64,000 nt of DNA, from the NCBI GenBank assembly GCA_045106895.1, contig JBGCFM010000160.1:1-64000 (forward strand), written 5' to 3'. Of the stretch, positions 22,935 to 32,425 are shown in pieces (position 1 is the first letter of the stretch; every line of letters starts with the position of its first letter). The translations under genes were made by a program, and so were the position numbers. The stretch is from Polyangiales bacterium. GTDB taxonomy: Bacteria; Myxococcota_A; Polyangia; Polyangiales; Houyiibacteriaceae. The notes beneath the pieces were generated by a model. It saw only the letters and a list, made by a program, of their open reading frames with translations. It was not told the DNA's origin and ran no database searches.

Positions 22935-24118
22935 AGCAGGTTGTTGCCGACTGGACGCCTGAGCTGCGCGGACTTGAGCTTGGTCACGCCCAGGTCTGGG
23001 GGGCCGTCCGTCTCGTGCCCGTGATTCGTCCACAAACGCTACATGGATTGCGGCTGCACAAGCAGGTGGTGCAGCAGACGGCGGCGGTGAGCATCGATGA
23101 GGGCCACTACGTCAGCTTCGTTCCGCATGGTTATGTGCTGCGATGGGAGGATGAGCAGGACGGGAATGCGAGCGAAGGAGCGGCGCTCGGCACGGTGATG
23201 ACAACGAAGTCTCGTCTAGACTCTGCGGACTTCGCGCCGCTCCGCGTCGTTCACGGCCAGGTTCACCGGATGGTGAAACGCACCAAGCAGGGACTTCGTT
23301 TTTTGCCGCTGCACCTCGCCATGGAAGGGTTTCTTACCTACCAATTCGGTGGGCCGTCGCGGCTCTTTTCTGAGTACAGCCAAGATGTGATTCGCCGGGG
23401 TCTGTCACCACGCGTGGAGTGGTCAATGCGCGGTCGCAGCGTTCCGGACCTCGAGGATGCGTTACGCATTTTTGAGATTCATCCGAATCAAGTGGGGGTG
23501 CTTCTCTTCGTCGGCGATGAGTTCTACTCGGCGTTTGTTGTTCCCCACGCGGATGACTACCGCGCCCTGCACCGAGACCTGCTCAGCGACTTCTTTGCGG
23601 ACACGCTCATCTACCACGCGCTGGGCTACCCCAACGTTCCTGATTGGCAGGTGGAGACGTCCGGGGAGGAGGTGAAGTCCCTTGCGGATATTCGTGGCTT
23701 CCTGGCCCGCACCGAGCGCGAGTGGGGCGAGTTTCATCGTGGCTTGGCGGACCAGTTCTTTGGTCGCCCACATCGCGCGAAGGAACGCTATCGGCTCGGA
23801 AGTTTCTCTCTGCGGCAGCTCTTGCCGTCTTTTGACCCGAAGGTCGACAACCACATTGGTGAGTGCATTTTGGGCGGCGACGGCACGCTTGCGTATCTGA
23901 AGAGCTACCGACTCTCCGCCGCTCAAAGCCGTCGCGCGTATCTTCTTCAGCAGCTCGCGTCGGTGGACTGGGATTTGGGTGCTTGCGCGACACTCTTTCG
24001 CTCGACGCCGGCGGAGTTCATTCGGCGTCTGGAGAAAGCTGGGTTTGGGTACCTGCTCAAGCCACATGTACTCGCAGAAGCCATGCGGGCGATGCGCTCG
24101 AATACACGTGGACGCTAG
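22931..24118 (+). CDS. ARPP-2-like domain protein with C-terminal Fis-type HTH
   Basis: ATGA overlap; AQVWGAVRLVP, RFLPLHLAMEGFL, DALRIFEIHPNQVG blocks; tail YLLQQLASVDWDLGACATLFRSTPAEFIRRLEKAG resembles a Fis HTH. Family name recalled, not searched. Confidence 0.65.
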   Translation: MKQVVADWTPELRGLELGHAQVWGAVRLVPVIRPQTLHGLRLHKQVVQQTAAVSIDEGHYVSFVPHGYVLRWEDEQDGNASEGAALGTVMTTKSRLDSADFAPLRVVHGQVHRMVKRTKQGLRFLPLHLAMEGFLTYQFGGPSRLFSEYSQDVIRRGLSPRVEWSMRGRSVPDLEDALRIFEIHPNQVGVLLFVGDEFYSAFVVPHADDYRALHRDLLSDFFADTLIYHALGYPNVPDWQVETSGEEVKSLADIRGFLARTEREWGEFHRGLADQFFGRPHRAKERYRLGSFSLRQLLPSFDPKVDNHIGECILGGDGTLAYLKSYRLSAAQSRRAYLLQQLASVDWDLGACATLFRSTPAEFIRRLEKAGFGYLLKPHVLAEAMRAMRSNTRGR

Positions 24119-24124
24119 AGCCCA

Positions 24125-24547
24125 TCAACGAGCGCTGATGGCGATTAGCCCTGCCGTCTCGCGGGAGCGAAGGTCGGCGAGGCTTGTGCTCGCCAACGCG
24201 TTGAGGAACGCGTCGCGCGCTTGCTGCAACGCCTTTTCGAGTTTGCACTTCCCGCTCAGCTGACATTGGCCGTCGTCTCGAAAGCACTCCGCGAGATCGA
24301 AGGCTTCGAAGCAGCGCACAACTTCTGCCACACAGATGTCTTCGGCGGGGCGGGCAAGTGTGCTGACCTTTCCACGACCTCGCTGTGCGTCGACGAAACC
24401 TGCGCCGGATAGGGTCTGCATGACCTTCGCCATGTGTGAGCGTGAAATGCCGTGGGCTGCTGCGATATCGGCAGGGGTCGCTCCGCCACTGTCGGCGAGG
24501 TAGATGAGTGCTCGGAGACCGTAGTCGGTGCGTTGTTGAAGTCTCAT
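24125..24547 (-). CDS. nsrR: Rrf2-family Fe-S transcriptional regulator, NsrR-like
   Basis: TDYGLRALIYLA N-terminus, HTH, three Cys in ECFRDDGQCQLSGKC. Confidence 0.8.
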   Translation of the reverse strand: MRLQQRTDYGLRALIYLADSGGATPADIAAAHGISRSHMAKVMQTLSGAGFVDAQRGRGKVSTLARPAEDICVAEVVRCFEAFDLAECFRDDGQCQLSGKCKLEKALQQARDAFLNALASTSLADLRSRETAGLIAISAR

Positions 24548-24572
24548 CCTTGCTCTTTCCGGCGATGTCTAT

Positions 24573-24599
24573 AAAATACGAACAATGAGTTCGCATTTT
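24573..24599. promoter_or_regulatory. Palindromic operator, probable Rrf2/NsrR site
   Basis: AAAATACGAAC-N5-GTTCGCATTTT (10/11 inverted match), AT-rich, between the divergent regulator and globin genes. Confidence 0.6.
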
Positions 24600-25226
24600 G
24601 ATCTGACGCGCGAAATGCGCAAGTCTTTCGACGATGAGTCCATCGAAAGGCTGGTTCGTGGTTTCTATGCGCGGATTCGTGAGGACGAAGAGCTCGGGCC
24701 GATCTTTGCTCGCCGCGTCGAAGATTGGGAGCCGCACCTTCAGCGAATGATGTCGTTCTGGACGACGATTCTCCGCGGCGAAGCGGTCTATCAGCCTGGG
24801 CCCAAGGGGCCTCCTCCGGTGGTTCACCGAGGCATCGCTGAGCTCCGCCGGGCCCACTTTGTACGTTGGCTTTCGCTCTTCGCAGAAGAAGCCAAGCGAG
24901 TCTTTCCGGCTGAAGCCGCGTCCTATGTCATTGGCCGTTCCGAAGGAATGGGTCGTGCGCTCTCCGCGCACCTCAAGCCCTACAAGACACTCCGTTTTGA
25001 CGAAGGAAAGATCCCGGAAGGGCTGTTGCGAGAGCACTCGCTCAAAGCGGGAGTTCGTGGGCTCCTGCGCGTCACGCGCGGAGAACTGGTCTTCGTTGAC
25101 GCCGATGGGGACAAGACGCGCGTCTTGGCGGGGGAGCACATTCCCGTCGCGCCGGAGGCGGCACATCATCTCGAAGAAGCTGAGCACGCGGCCATCGAAA
25201 TCGACTTCTTTCGCACTGGCGCATAG
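24585..25226 (+). CDS. Group III truncated haemoglobin fused to a DUF1971 (YeaR/TehB-N-like) cupin
   Basis: LVRGFYARIREDEELGPIF..WEPHLQRMMSFW; C-terminal IPEGLLREHSLKAGVRGLLRVTRGEL; start may be 24615. Confidence 0.82.
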   Translation: MSSHFDLTREMRKSFDDESIERLVRGFYARIREDEELGPIFARRVEDWEPHLQRMMSFWTTILRGEAVYQPGPKGPPPVVHRGIAELRRAHFVRWLSLFAEEAKRVFPAEAASYVIGRSEGMGRALSAHLKPYKTLRFDEGKIPEGLLREHSLKAGVRGLLRVTRGELVFVDADGDKTRVLAGEHIPVAPEAAHHLEEAEHAAIEIDFFRTGA

Positions 25227-25243
25227 GAGGCTATAAGCTCGCT

Positions 25244-25930
25244 GTGCGACGCAAAAACCCGGACGCCTTCGAGCCTGAGCTTGGCATTCCTGTTCTTCCA
25301 GGGAGTCCATCGGATGTCGTGAGGGTTTTGGGTGGTGTCATCACGGACGCCCGCCTTGAGCGAGTTCGTCGCGTCGCGGCCGGGCGGACGAGACGCGTCA
25401 TTCCTGTGTTGGAAGGCCTGATGGATCCACACAACGGCTCGGCCATCCTGAGGTCCGCGGACGCATTTGGTATCGCTGAGGTGCACATTGTTCCGGGACC
25501 GAACGGTTTCTACGCAGGGAGTACCGTCGCGAAGGGAACGACGCAGTGGCTGGACCTGCAACCTCACGAGACCAGCGAAGCGTGCGCGGACGCTCTCGTG
25601 GGCGCCGGTTACTCCATCTACGCGGCGTCGATGGAGGGCGAAGCACGTCTTGAGGACCTCGCGAAGCTCGACAAGGTGGCCATCGTTTTTGGGAATGAAC
25701 ACAGCGGGCCCTCTGCGGCCATGCGAGAGCGAGCGACGGGCACATACGCGATTCCGATGCGTGGTTTCGTAGAGAGCCTCAATGTGTCTGTGGCTGCGGC
25801 GATCACGCTGCATGGCGTCGTCGCAGACCGGCCGAGCGAACTGACGGATGAGGAACTGGAGCTTCTCGTGGCGCGAATGCTCTTTCGAACGGTACCGGAC
25901 GCTGCGGAGATCTTGGCCGACCGCCTCTGA
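25244..25930 (+). CDS. trmH: TrmH/SpoU-family RNA 2'-O-methyltransferase
   Basis: DPHNGSAILRSADAFG, VFGNEHSG, IPMRGFVESLNVSVA. Confidence 0.88.
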   Translation: MRRKNPDAFEPELGIPVLPGSPSDVVRVLGGVITDARLERVRRVAAGRTRRVIPVLEGLMDPHNGSAILRSADAFGIAEVHIVPGPNGFYAGSTVAKGTTQWLDLQPHETSEACADALVGAGYSIYAASMEGEARLEDLAKLDKVAIVFGNEHSGPSAAMRERATGTYAIPMRGFVESLNVSVAAAITLHGVVADRPSELTDEELELLVARMLFRTVPDAAEILADRL

Positions 25931-25933
25931 AGG

Positions 25934-27343
25934 CTATTCGCTACAGATCGCGCGAATACGAACTCGGACATCGGGCGCGAGGGCCGTTGCACAAGAGCTA
26001 GGGCAGAGCTCAAGAGCGCTGGGCCGAGGTTGCCCGTCTTCTCGAAAGTAGAAACCTCCGAGCGTAGCGTCGCAGGCGGACGCGTCAGGGACGGCGCGAA
26101 GTTCTCGCACTGGACGTTCGCCGTCGCTTGTTTCGCGGACGAGACGCACTTCGACATCTTCTGCGCGAGGAAAGCGGCCGGGTGCTGGAATCGAGTACGC
26201 ACATGTTCGAAGTGAACGACGAAGACGATTGAGCTCTTCCAGAAACTCGTCACTGACGGCGCTTGTCGTGGTGATGATACTCGCTTCGTTGGTACCTCCG
26301 GCGATGGCGAGGCGAGTCAGGTTCTCGCGGGCGTCGGCCTCTTCGAACGCATCGAAAACACCGATGACGTAGGTCATGATCCCGTCTGCAACGCCTTCTG
26401 CGGCGATGAGTTCAGGGCCTTCGATGGCCGTCGCAGGCTCGCCTGGGACGACGGAGGAGTCGCAGCTCGAAGGCAGTCCATCTGTCGCAAGAAGGACTAC
26501 CACCGTCCGCTCCGGTCGGCTTCGGCTTCGAACGCGCGCTTGTTCAATGATCCCTTCGAGGGCAGGGAGCGTTGGTGTCGTGCCGCCGGGGCGCCGGCTC
26601 CGCAGTGACTGGACGATGGGACGTGCGGCCTGCGGCAGCACGGACACGGCGACGGCCGGCGTCAAATAGGATTCGACGCCACAGAGTGCCGGGTTTTCGC
26701 AGCGCCCGCTGAGCCTGCACGGAGTGAGCGGCTCGGGTCCGCAGAACTGGCCTTCGACACATGCGCCGCCAAAAGGAAACTCTCCTGGGCAGCTGCCATT
26801 GAGCTGACAATGCTGACCCGTTTCGCAGTGGGAGTCGTGCTCACAAACGTTCTGCGGACCCTCGCCGCGGCACACGCCTCCGAGGATACATTGGCCGTCG
26901 CAATCGGCTTGGTCCCTGCACCGCTGTGGGTAGTCCGAATCATCGAAGGGAAAGAAGGTCAAAGACACCCTGAGCCCACGGGAACTCTCTTCGTTCACGA
27001 AGGCTTCAACGGCATTCGTGACGGCGTCCTTTTTCGTCGATCCAAACTCGATCTGCCGGTCCATCGACGCGGAGAAGTCCATCAGAATGAAGATGTCGAG
27101 GTCAGCGCCGCCGGCGAGGGAGTCGAAAGGCAGGCAGTAGGGGGTTGAGGTGTCGAGGGAGGAATCGCTGACCTGAACCGTGGCGTCCCTCAGGTCGTCA
27201 TCGGAGCCCGCGTCCCGCCCTGCGTCCGTCTCCTCTGTCTCTTCCCCCTCGGGGATACTGAGCCCCGTCCGTGCGCCACATGACAGACAGAAAATGCACA
27301 CCACGGCCGCCGAAATAGCGCCTTTTTGTGCCTGCCAGATCAT
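25934..27343 (-). CDS. Myxobacterial vWA-domain lipoprotein with Cys-rich insert
   Basis: Lipobox SCGART; MIDAS DFSASM, TPT, ATDGLP; C-terminal LELCPSSC. Confidence 0.8.
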   Translation of the reverse strand: MIWQAQKGAISAAVVCIFCLSCGARTGLSIPEGEETEETDAGRDAGSDDDLRDATVQVSDSSLDTSTPYCLPFDSLAGGADLDIFILMDFSASMDRQIEFGSTKKDAVTNAVEAFVNEESSRGLRVSLTFFPFDDSDYPQRCRDQADCDGQCILGGVCRGEGPQNVCEHDSHCETGQHCQLNGSCPGEFPFGGACVEGQFCGPEPLTPCRLSGRCENPALCGVESYLTPAVAVSVLPQAARPIVQSLRSRRPGGTTPTLPALEGIIEQARVRSRSRPERTVVVLLATDGLPSSCDSSVVPGEPATAIEGPELIAAEGVADGIMTYVIGVFDAFEEADARENLTRLAIAGGTNEASIITTTSAVSDEFLEELNRLRRSLRTCAYSIPAPGRFPRAEDVEVRLVRETSDGERPVRELRAVPDASACDATLGGFYFREDGQPRPSALELCPSSCATALAPDVRVRIRAICSE

Positions 27344-27495
27344 GAGTCTCAGTTCATGCGAGACACGTGCCAGCGTCAGCCCGAAAACGGGCTCTCTCAA
27401 CGGCCGGTTCCGGGAATGACGTCGCTCTTCGTTACGTTTACCTATTATCAGTGTTGTATTGCCCACTGGGCAGGCACTCAGTAGGTTCCATTTCG

Positions 27496-29871
27496 ATGGC
27501 GAATCCCACACGCACTCAGCGAGGAAAAGCCCTTCGGCCACGGCGGCCGGTGGGCAAGATTCGTGGAAAGAAACGTGGGCCCGTCAAGAAACGCAAATGG
27601 CTGCGCAGGCTCTTTTGGTTGTGCGCTGTAGGCCTCCTCGTCGCCTTCGTCGGCGCCAGCGGTATGCTCTGGTACTACGGGCGTGACCTACCGGATGTCG
27701 CTGAGCTTCGTGACTACGAGCCTCCGCAGACCACGCGTATCCTTGATCGCAACGGTCGCTCCATCGGCGAGGTGTTCAGCGAACGCCGCACCGTGATTCC
27801 GATGGACCAGATTCCGCGGCATTTCGTCTTGTGCGTGCTGGCGGCGGAGGACGCGGATTTCTACCAGCACGAAGGCCTAGACTACGCCGGAATGGTCCGC
27901 GCGATATTGCGTGATATCAGCGAAGGCCGAGCAGCCGAAGGCGCGAGCACGATCACGCAGCAGGTGGTGAAGCTTCTCTTGCTTACGCCGGAGCGGACGC
28001 TCTCACGCAAGGTACGCGAGCTCATCCTTGCGCGACGGTTGGAGCAAGAACTAACGAAGGACGAGATCCTTTATCTCTATCTCAACCACATCAACTTTGG
28101 ACACGGACGTTATGGCGTTCAAGAGGCCGCGCGGTTCTACTTCGGCAAGGACGCAGCGGATCTAACGTTGGCGGAGTCGTCCCTGATTGCTGGTGTCCCT
28201 CAGGCGCCGGCGCGCCTCTCGCCGCGCACGCACGTGGAGGCGGCGAGACGCCGACAGAACTACGTCCTTGGCCAACTCCTGGCCAAACGTGATCGTTATT
28301 GGCCAGACCTTGGCGTCGACGAGATCGAAGAGGCGCGTTCGACGGAGCCGACCATCGTGCCCCGTGAGACGCTCGAAGATTCCGCGCCGGAAATCCAACG
28401 GATCGTTCGCGCGGAACTTCGAGAGATTATTGGCGCCGACGCTTACCGCCAAGGTGGGTACACGGTGCACACGACCCTCGACGAAGAGGTTCAGCGAGGT
28501 GCTCGCGCGGCGCTGCGTGAGGGGCTCGAGGCGGTGGATGAGCGGCACAATTACCGTGGGCCGTTGCGCGGCACGTCGGGGGCCAGCGGCGCTGTAGAGG
28601 CGCTTCGTGAAGGGCGTCGATACGTCGGCACGTCACTCCGCGCTGATGCAGAGACGCGCACCATCGTGTTCGACATCGGGGGGCATGAGGCTGTCGTCGA
28701 TTTGAGTGACAACGCTCGCTACGATCCTCGCGAGCTCGCGCCGGCGCGTTTCGCGCCGGAAGGGACAACAGCGCGGCTCGTCGTGACGAGCGTTGGTGAA
28801 GACCGCGCGGAGGCACGTCTGGACCTTGGGCCCCAAGGCGCTGTCATCGTTATCGACCCACGTACCCGCGACGTCCTGGCCATCGCTGGTGGCTACGAAT
28901 CAGCCCACGGTTTCGACCGAGCGACACAGGCGAGTCGCCAGCCCGGCTCAACGTTCAAGCCGCTGGTTTATGCCGTCGGGATTCGCTCACAGATGTTCAC
29001 GCCTTCGACGCTGATGATCGATGCGCCCGCCGTGTACGACCAGTGGATGCCGCAGAACTACGAACAGTGGCGACACGAAGGGCCGGTGCCTCTTCGGACG
29101 GCGCTCGCCAGCTCTATCAACGTTGTGGCGGTGCGTGCTATCGAAGAGGTTGGCCCAGCGGAGGTGGTCACCTTTGCCCGTCGACTTGGCATCGAGAGCG
29201 AGCTCGACCCGCAACTCTCACTCGCGCTTGGTAGCAGCGAAGTACGGCCCATCGAGATGGTCAACGCGTACGCGACCTTCGCGAGCGGCGGTCGCTGGGC
29301 GCCGCCGCGTTTCATCACGCGAATCGAAGGCCCCGACGGGGAGCCGATCACGCTGCCGTCTCGCGCTCAGCCTCGTGACGTGATGACTCCAGCAGAAGCG
29401 TATTTGGTGACGAGCATGCTCGAGACCGTGGTTCAGGAAGGAACAGGGCGCCGAGCGCGACAGTTGGGCCGACCCGCCGCAGGCAAGACCGGCACCAGCA
29501 ACGAGGCGCGCGACGCCTGGTTTGTTGGTTACACCGCCAACGTCGTCGCGGGCGTCTGGGTTGGGTTCGACGATAACCGCCCCCTCGGGCGCCGCGAAGG
29601 TGGCTCGCGAACGGCGTTGCCGATCTGGGTGGATGTGATTCGTGCTGCTGAAGGCGAGAGTCGCGTCCTCGATTTCGCGCGCCCGAGTGGTGTTGTCGAA
29701 CGAACCATCGACCCGGCGACGGGTCTGCTTGCGTACGAAGGAATGGCCAACACTCGGGTGGAGGTCTTCCTCGATGGGACGGAGCCCACCGAGACGGTGC
29801 GCTCTCCGGATGTGGTGGACCCATCGACGTTCTTGATGGAACAGCTTGGCGGTGAAGAGAGCTCGCCGTGA
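27496..29871 (+). CDS. mrcA: Class A penicillin-binding protein 1A
   Basis: N-terminal TM; EDADFYQH, GASTITQQ, RKVRE; transpeptidase STFK, SIN, KTG. Confidence 0.95.
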   Translation: MANPTRTQRGKALRPRRPVGKIRGKKRGPVKKRKWLRRLFWLCAVGLLVAFVGASGMLWYYGRDLPDVAELRDYEPPQTTRILDRNGRSIGEVFSERRTVIPMDQIPRHFVLCVLAAEDADFYQHEGLDYAGMVRAILRDISEGRAAEGASTITQQVVKLLLLTPERTLSRKVRELILARRLEQELTKDEILYLYLNHINFGHGRYGVQEAARFYFGKDAADLTLAESSLIAGVPQAPARLSPRTHVEAARRRQNYVLGQLLAKRDRYWPDLGVDEIEEARSTEPTIVPRETLEDSAPEIQRIVRAELREIIGADAYRQGGYTVHTTLDEEVQRGARAALREGLEAVDERHNYRGPLRGTSGASGAVEALREGRRYVGTSLRADAETRTIVFDIGGHEAVVDLSDNARYDPRELAPARFAPEGTTARLVVTSVGEDRAEARLDLGPQGAVIVIDPRTRDVLAIAGGYESAHGFDRATQASRQPGSTFKPLVYAVGIRSQMFTPSTLMIDAPAVYDQWMPQNYEQWRHEGPVPLRTALASSINVVAVRAIEEVGPAEVVTFARRLGIESELDPQLSLALGSSEVRPIEMVNAYATFASGGRWAPPRFITRIEGPDGEPITLPSRAQPRDVMTPAEAYLVTSMLETVVQEGTGRRARQLGRPAAGKTGTSNEARDAWFVGYTANVVAGVWVGFDDNRPLGRREGGSRTALPIWVDVIRAAEGESRVLDFARPSGVVERTIDPATGLLAYEGMANTRVEVFLDGTEPTETVRSPDVVDPSTFLMEQLGGEESSP

Positions 29872-31109
29872 GGTCTCGCTCTCTGCCGGCGCGGGCATGC
29901 CTCCTGGCTGCGCTGTGCCTCGCGTCGTCTGAGCCTGCGGAAGCGAATGCGCAGGTTGCTGACTCGGGACTGCAGGGAGCTTGCGACTTGTTGCGCCGTC
30001 TGGGCGAGGAGAATCCGGGGAGATCTGCGCAGGTGAGCTCGGAGTGGCCACCTTCAAGCCCTCGCGGAGCCGCGCTGGCAACGCGACTCCAGGAGTGCGT
30101 CGGACCCGAGACCGGCGGGGACCCACGAGCGCTTCTCCTTCGGGTGGAGGGAGCGTCGCTCGTTGCCGAGCTGAAGGTACGACGCGGATACTCATGGCTC
30201 TGGCGTTTTTTCGGGTTCTCCTCCGAGCTTGAACCCGTGCGCGTCGCCCTCGACGCGGAACTCCGCACATACGTCGCCCAACGCCCCGCGCTTCGTCGCG
30301 GCGCCGTCGTCGCCCGGGCCCTTGCGTTGCCAGGCCGCGGGTACACAGGCATCGCTAGTCATGACGGTTTGGTGTTGCTGGCGGGAGCACGCGAGCTTCG
30401 CACGATGCGCTACGCCGTTCGCCGTGGACGCCCCGTACTTGTACGAGACGAACGCTTGGTGGTTCCTCCTCCGCCCCACGGGCGTCGGGACGCCTTCTCG
30501 CGTGCGAGCGATGGGGTCTTCTGGCAGCGGGGCCAAGTACTTCAACAGGTTCGGCTCTCGCCGCTGCGCGTTGAGGCCGCCAGCTCCCCGTGTGAAGAGG
30601 GGGCGTTTCCCTTGGCAGACGCATGCGCTCACTGGGCACTTGGGCGCGACTACTTCGACTCGCGACTTGCGACGCGAGCGTCCTCGGTACCGCCGGAGCG
30701 AGCACCGACGAGTTTCTATGCTCGCTCGCGTCGCATCGTGAGGCGTTCGGATGGAAGCGCTGACCCCGTGGAGGTGGTCGTGTCCCCACGAGGCCGTATC
30801 GTCGCACGAACGGGATCACGCACGGTGGGTGTCGCTGGCTACGGCGCGGGGCTCGCCGCGGCGGACGTGGACCAAGATGGCTCCCTCGAAGTATTTGCGA
30901 GCCTCGATTCACCGGTCGGCGAAGGCGATAGACTTCACATCATTCGTGTGAGACCGGATGGCTCCCTTATTCGAATTTGGATGTCCGAGCCCGTTGCTGG
31001 GAGCATCCTGCTCGCGACGTCGGCGGACCTCGACGGCGACGGCTTCGAAGAGTTCTTGGCCGTGGAAGAAGTCGAAGGCGAGAACGCTCGACTTTGGATT
31101 GTGCGATGA
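29868..31109 (+). CDS. Exported protein with C-terminal FG-GAP/VCBS-like repeats
   Basis: GTGA overlap; signal peptide; ADVDQDGSLE and ADLDGDGFEE motifs. Confidence 0.7.
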   Translation: MRSRSLPARACLLAALCLASSEPAEANAQVADSGLQGACDLLRRLGEENPGRSAQVSSEWPPSSPRGAALATRLQECVGPETGGDPRALLLRVEGASLVAELKVRRGYSWLWRFFGFSSELEPVRVALDAELRTYVAQRPALRRGAVVARALALPGRGYTGIASHDGLVLLAGARELRTMRYAVRRGRPVLVRDERLVVPPPPHGRRDAFSRASDGVFWQRGQVLQQVRLSPLRVEAASSPCEEGAFPLADACAHWALGRDYFDSRLATRASSVPPERAPTSFYARSRRIVRRSDGSADPVEVVVSPRGRIVARTGSRTVGVAGYGAGLAAADVDQDGSLEVFASLDSPVGEGDRLHIIRVRPDGSLIRIWMSEPVAGSILLATSADLDGDGFEEFLAVEEVEGENARLWIVR

Positions 31110-32425
31110 AACGTACCCTCGCCGTTGCCGCGTTTCTCTTCGCGAGCACAGCGTGCGTTGTGCTCGCGGCGCTGCCTGCGGCGTACGGGGGAGCTCTTCG
31201 CCTCGCTGCGACCGGGCCCATCGCATTGCCTCACCCCGCGCACCGCGAGTCGCCTTTTGAGTCGGCGCTTTCGGCAGCGGTGTATGACAAGCTGAGCGAG
31301 ATCCTCCATGCGGAAACGGAAGGCACGCAGGTGACGCTTCGTTTTCGCACCGGTGTCGTTCGGCAGGACCGCCGCCCCGTGCGTATCGCTGACCTTCAGC
31401 GTTCTTTGCGTCGCCTCGACCGCACCGGCGCCCGTCATTGGCTTGCGCCCATCGCGCGCCGGAACGGAGCGCTCCAGATGGAAGTCCAGGACGACGCGTT
31501 GGTCGTGGAACTGCAGCAAGAGGGCGTCGATGTACATCGCTGGCTGCGAGCGGCACCATTGGCGTTTGTTGTGTCTCCTGGAACGGGGACGGGGCCCTTT
31601 CGGCCGCGCGTTGTGCGTGACGAACTCCGACTTTTTCAGTCTCGGAGCGCAATCCGCGGGGCGCCCTATCTGCAGCGCATTCACGTCACCCCGTACGAGG
31701 GGCGTGAAGGGGAGCTTCGAGCGTTGATGCTTGGGCAGTTGGACGGTTCGTGGTCTGGCGCGAGCCTCTATGACACCTCGCCTCCTCACCCGATGAATCG
31801 GCACGCGCTCGAATCCCGCGCCGCCGTATTGCTTGTAGGCACACGTTCACGAAGCCGAGAGCTCGCGGTGCTCGGCGCTGCCCTCGACCGGCGACGTCTC
31901 GCGCGCGTCGGTTTGACGCCGTCGGAGCGTTTTTCAGAGTTGCCCGCGCCGAACCCGAGTGGGCGCGATGTGCCACGCGGTGGTCGCTCCTTGGCCTATC
32001 GCGCGGGCGACGTGTTCGCCGCGGCGCTCGCTGAGGCGATGGCCGCGCGTTTCGACGAAGAGGGTTGGTCAATTCGACCACGGGCGATTCCACCCGCGCA
32101 GTGGAGAAGCGCAGCGAGCCGTTACGATTACCGCATCGCTCAAGTTGTTCCTGGTTTGGCGGGAGGACCTTTTCTCTTAGCGGACGCTTTCGCAGAGACT
32201 GGAGACAACGACAGCGCGGAGGCTTTGGTTCGCTCCGGTCTCAACGCCGGCGATGCCGTGGACGCTCAAGCGCGGGCGCGCGAATTGCCGGCGCTTGTCC
32301 TCGGTTGGCGTTCGTCTTCTCTTCACTTGGACGCTGATGTGCACGGCTTTGAATTGGATGAGCGTGGAGAGCTTCGTCTCGAGCGGCTTCATTGGCGGCG
32401 CGCGCGAATCGAGGCCCCCCGATGA
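31106..32425 (+). CDS. Divergent family-5 solute-binding-like exported protein
   Basis: ATGA overlap; signal peptide; YGGALR, GTGPF, PYLQRI motifs. Confidence 0.6.
   Translation: MKRTLAVAAFLFASTACVVLAALPAAYGGALRLAATGPIALPHPAHRESPFESALSAAVYDKLSEILHAETEGTQVTLRFRTGVVRQDRRPVRIADLQRSLRRLDRTGARHWLAPIARRNGALQMEVQDDALVVELQQEGVDVHRWLRAAPLAFVVSPGTGTGPFRPRVVRDELRLFQSRSAIRGAPYLQRIHVTPYEGREGELRALMLGQLDGSWSGASLYDTSPPHPMNRHALESRAAVLLVGTRSRSRELAVLGAALDRRRLARVGLTPSERFSELPAPNPSGRDVPRGGRSLAYRAGDVFAAALAEAMAARFDEEGWSIRPRAIPPAQWRSAASRYDYRIAQVVPGLAGGPFLLADAFAETGDNDSAEALVRSGLNAGDAVDAQARARELPALVLGWRSSSLHLDADVHGFELDERGELRLERLHWRRARIEAPR

Noticed and set aside
24057..25310. 417-aa minus-strand ORF
   Set aside because: Shadow of the Rrf2 and globin genes, which carry clear motifs
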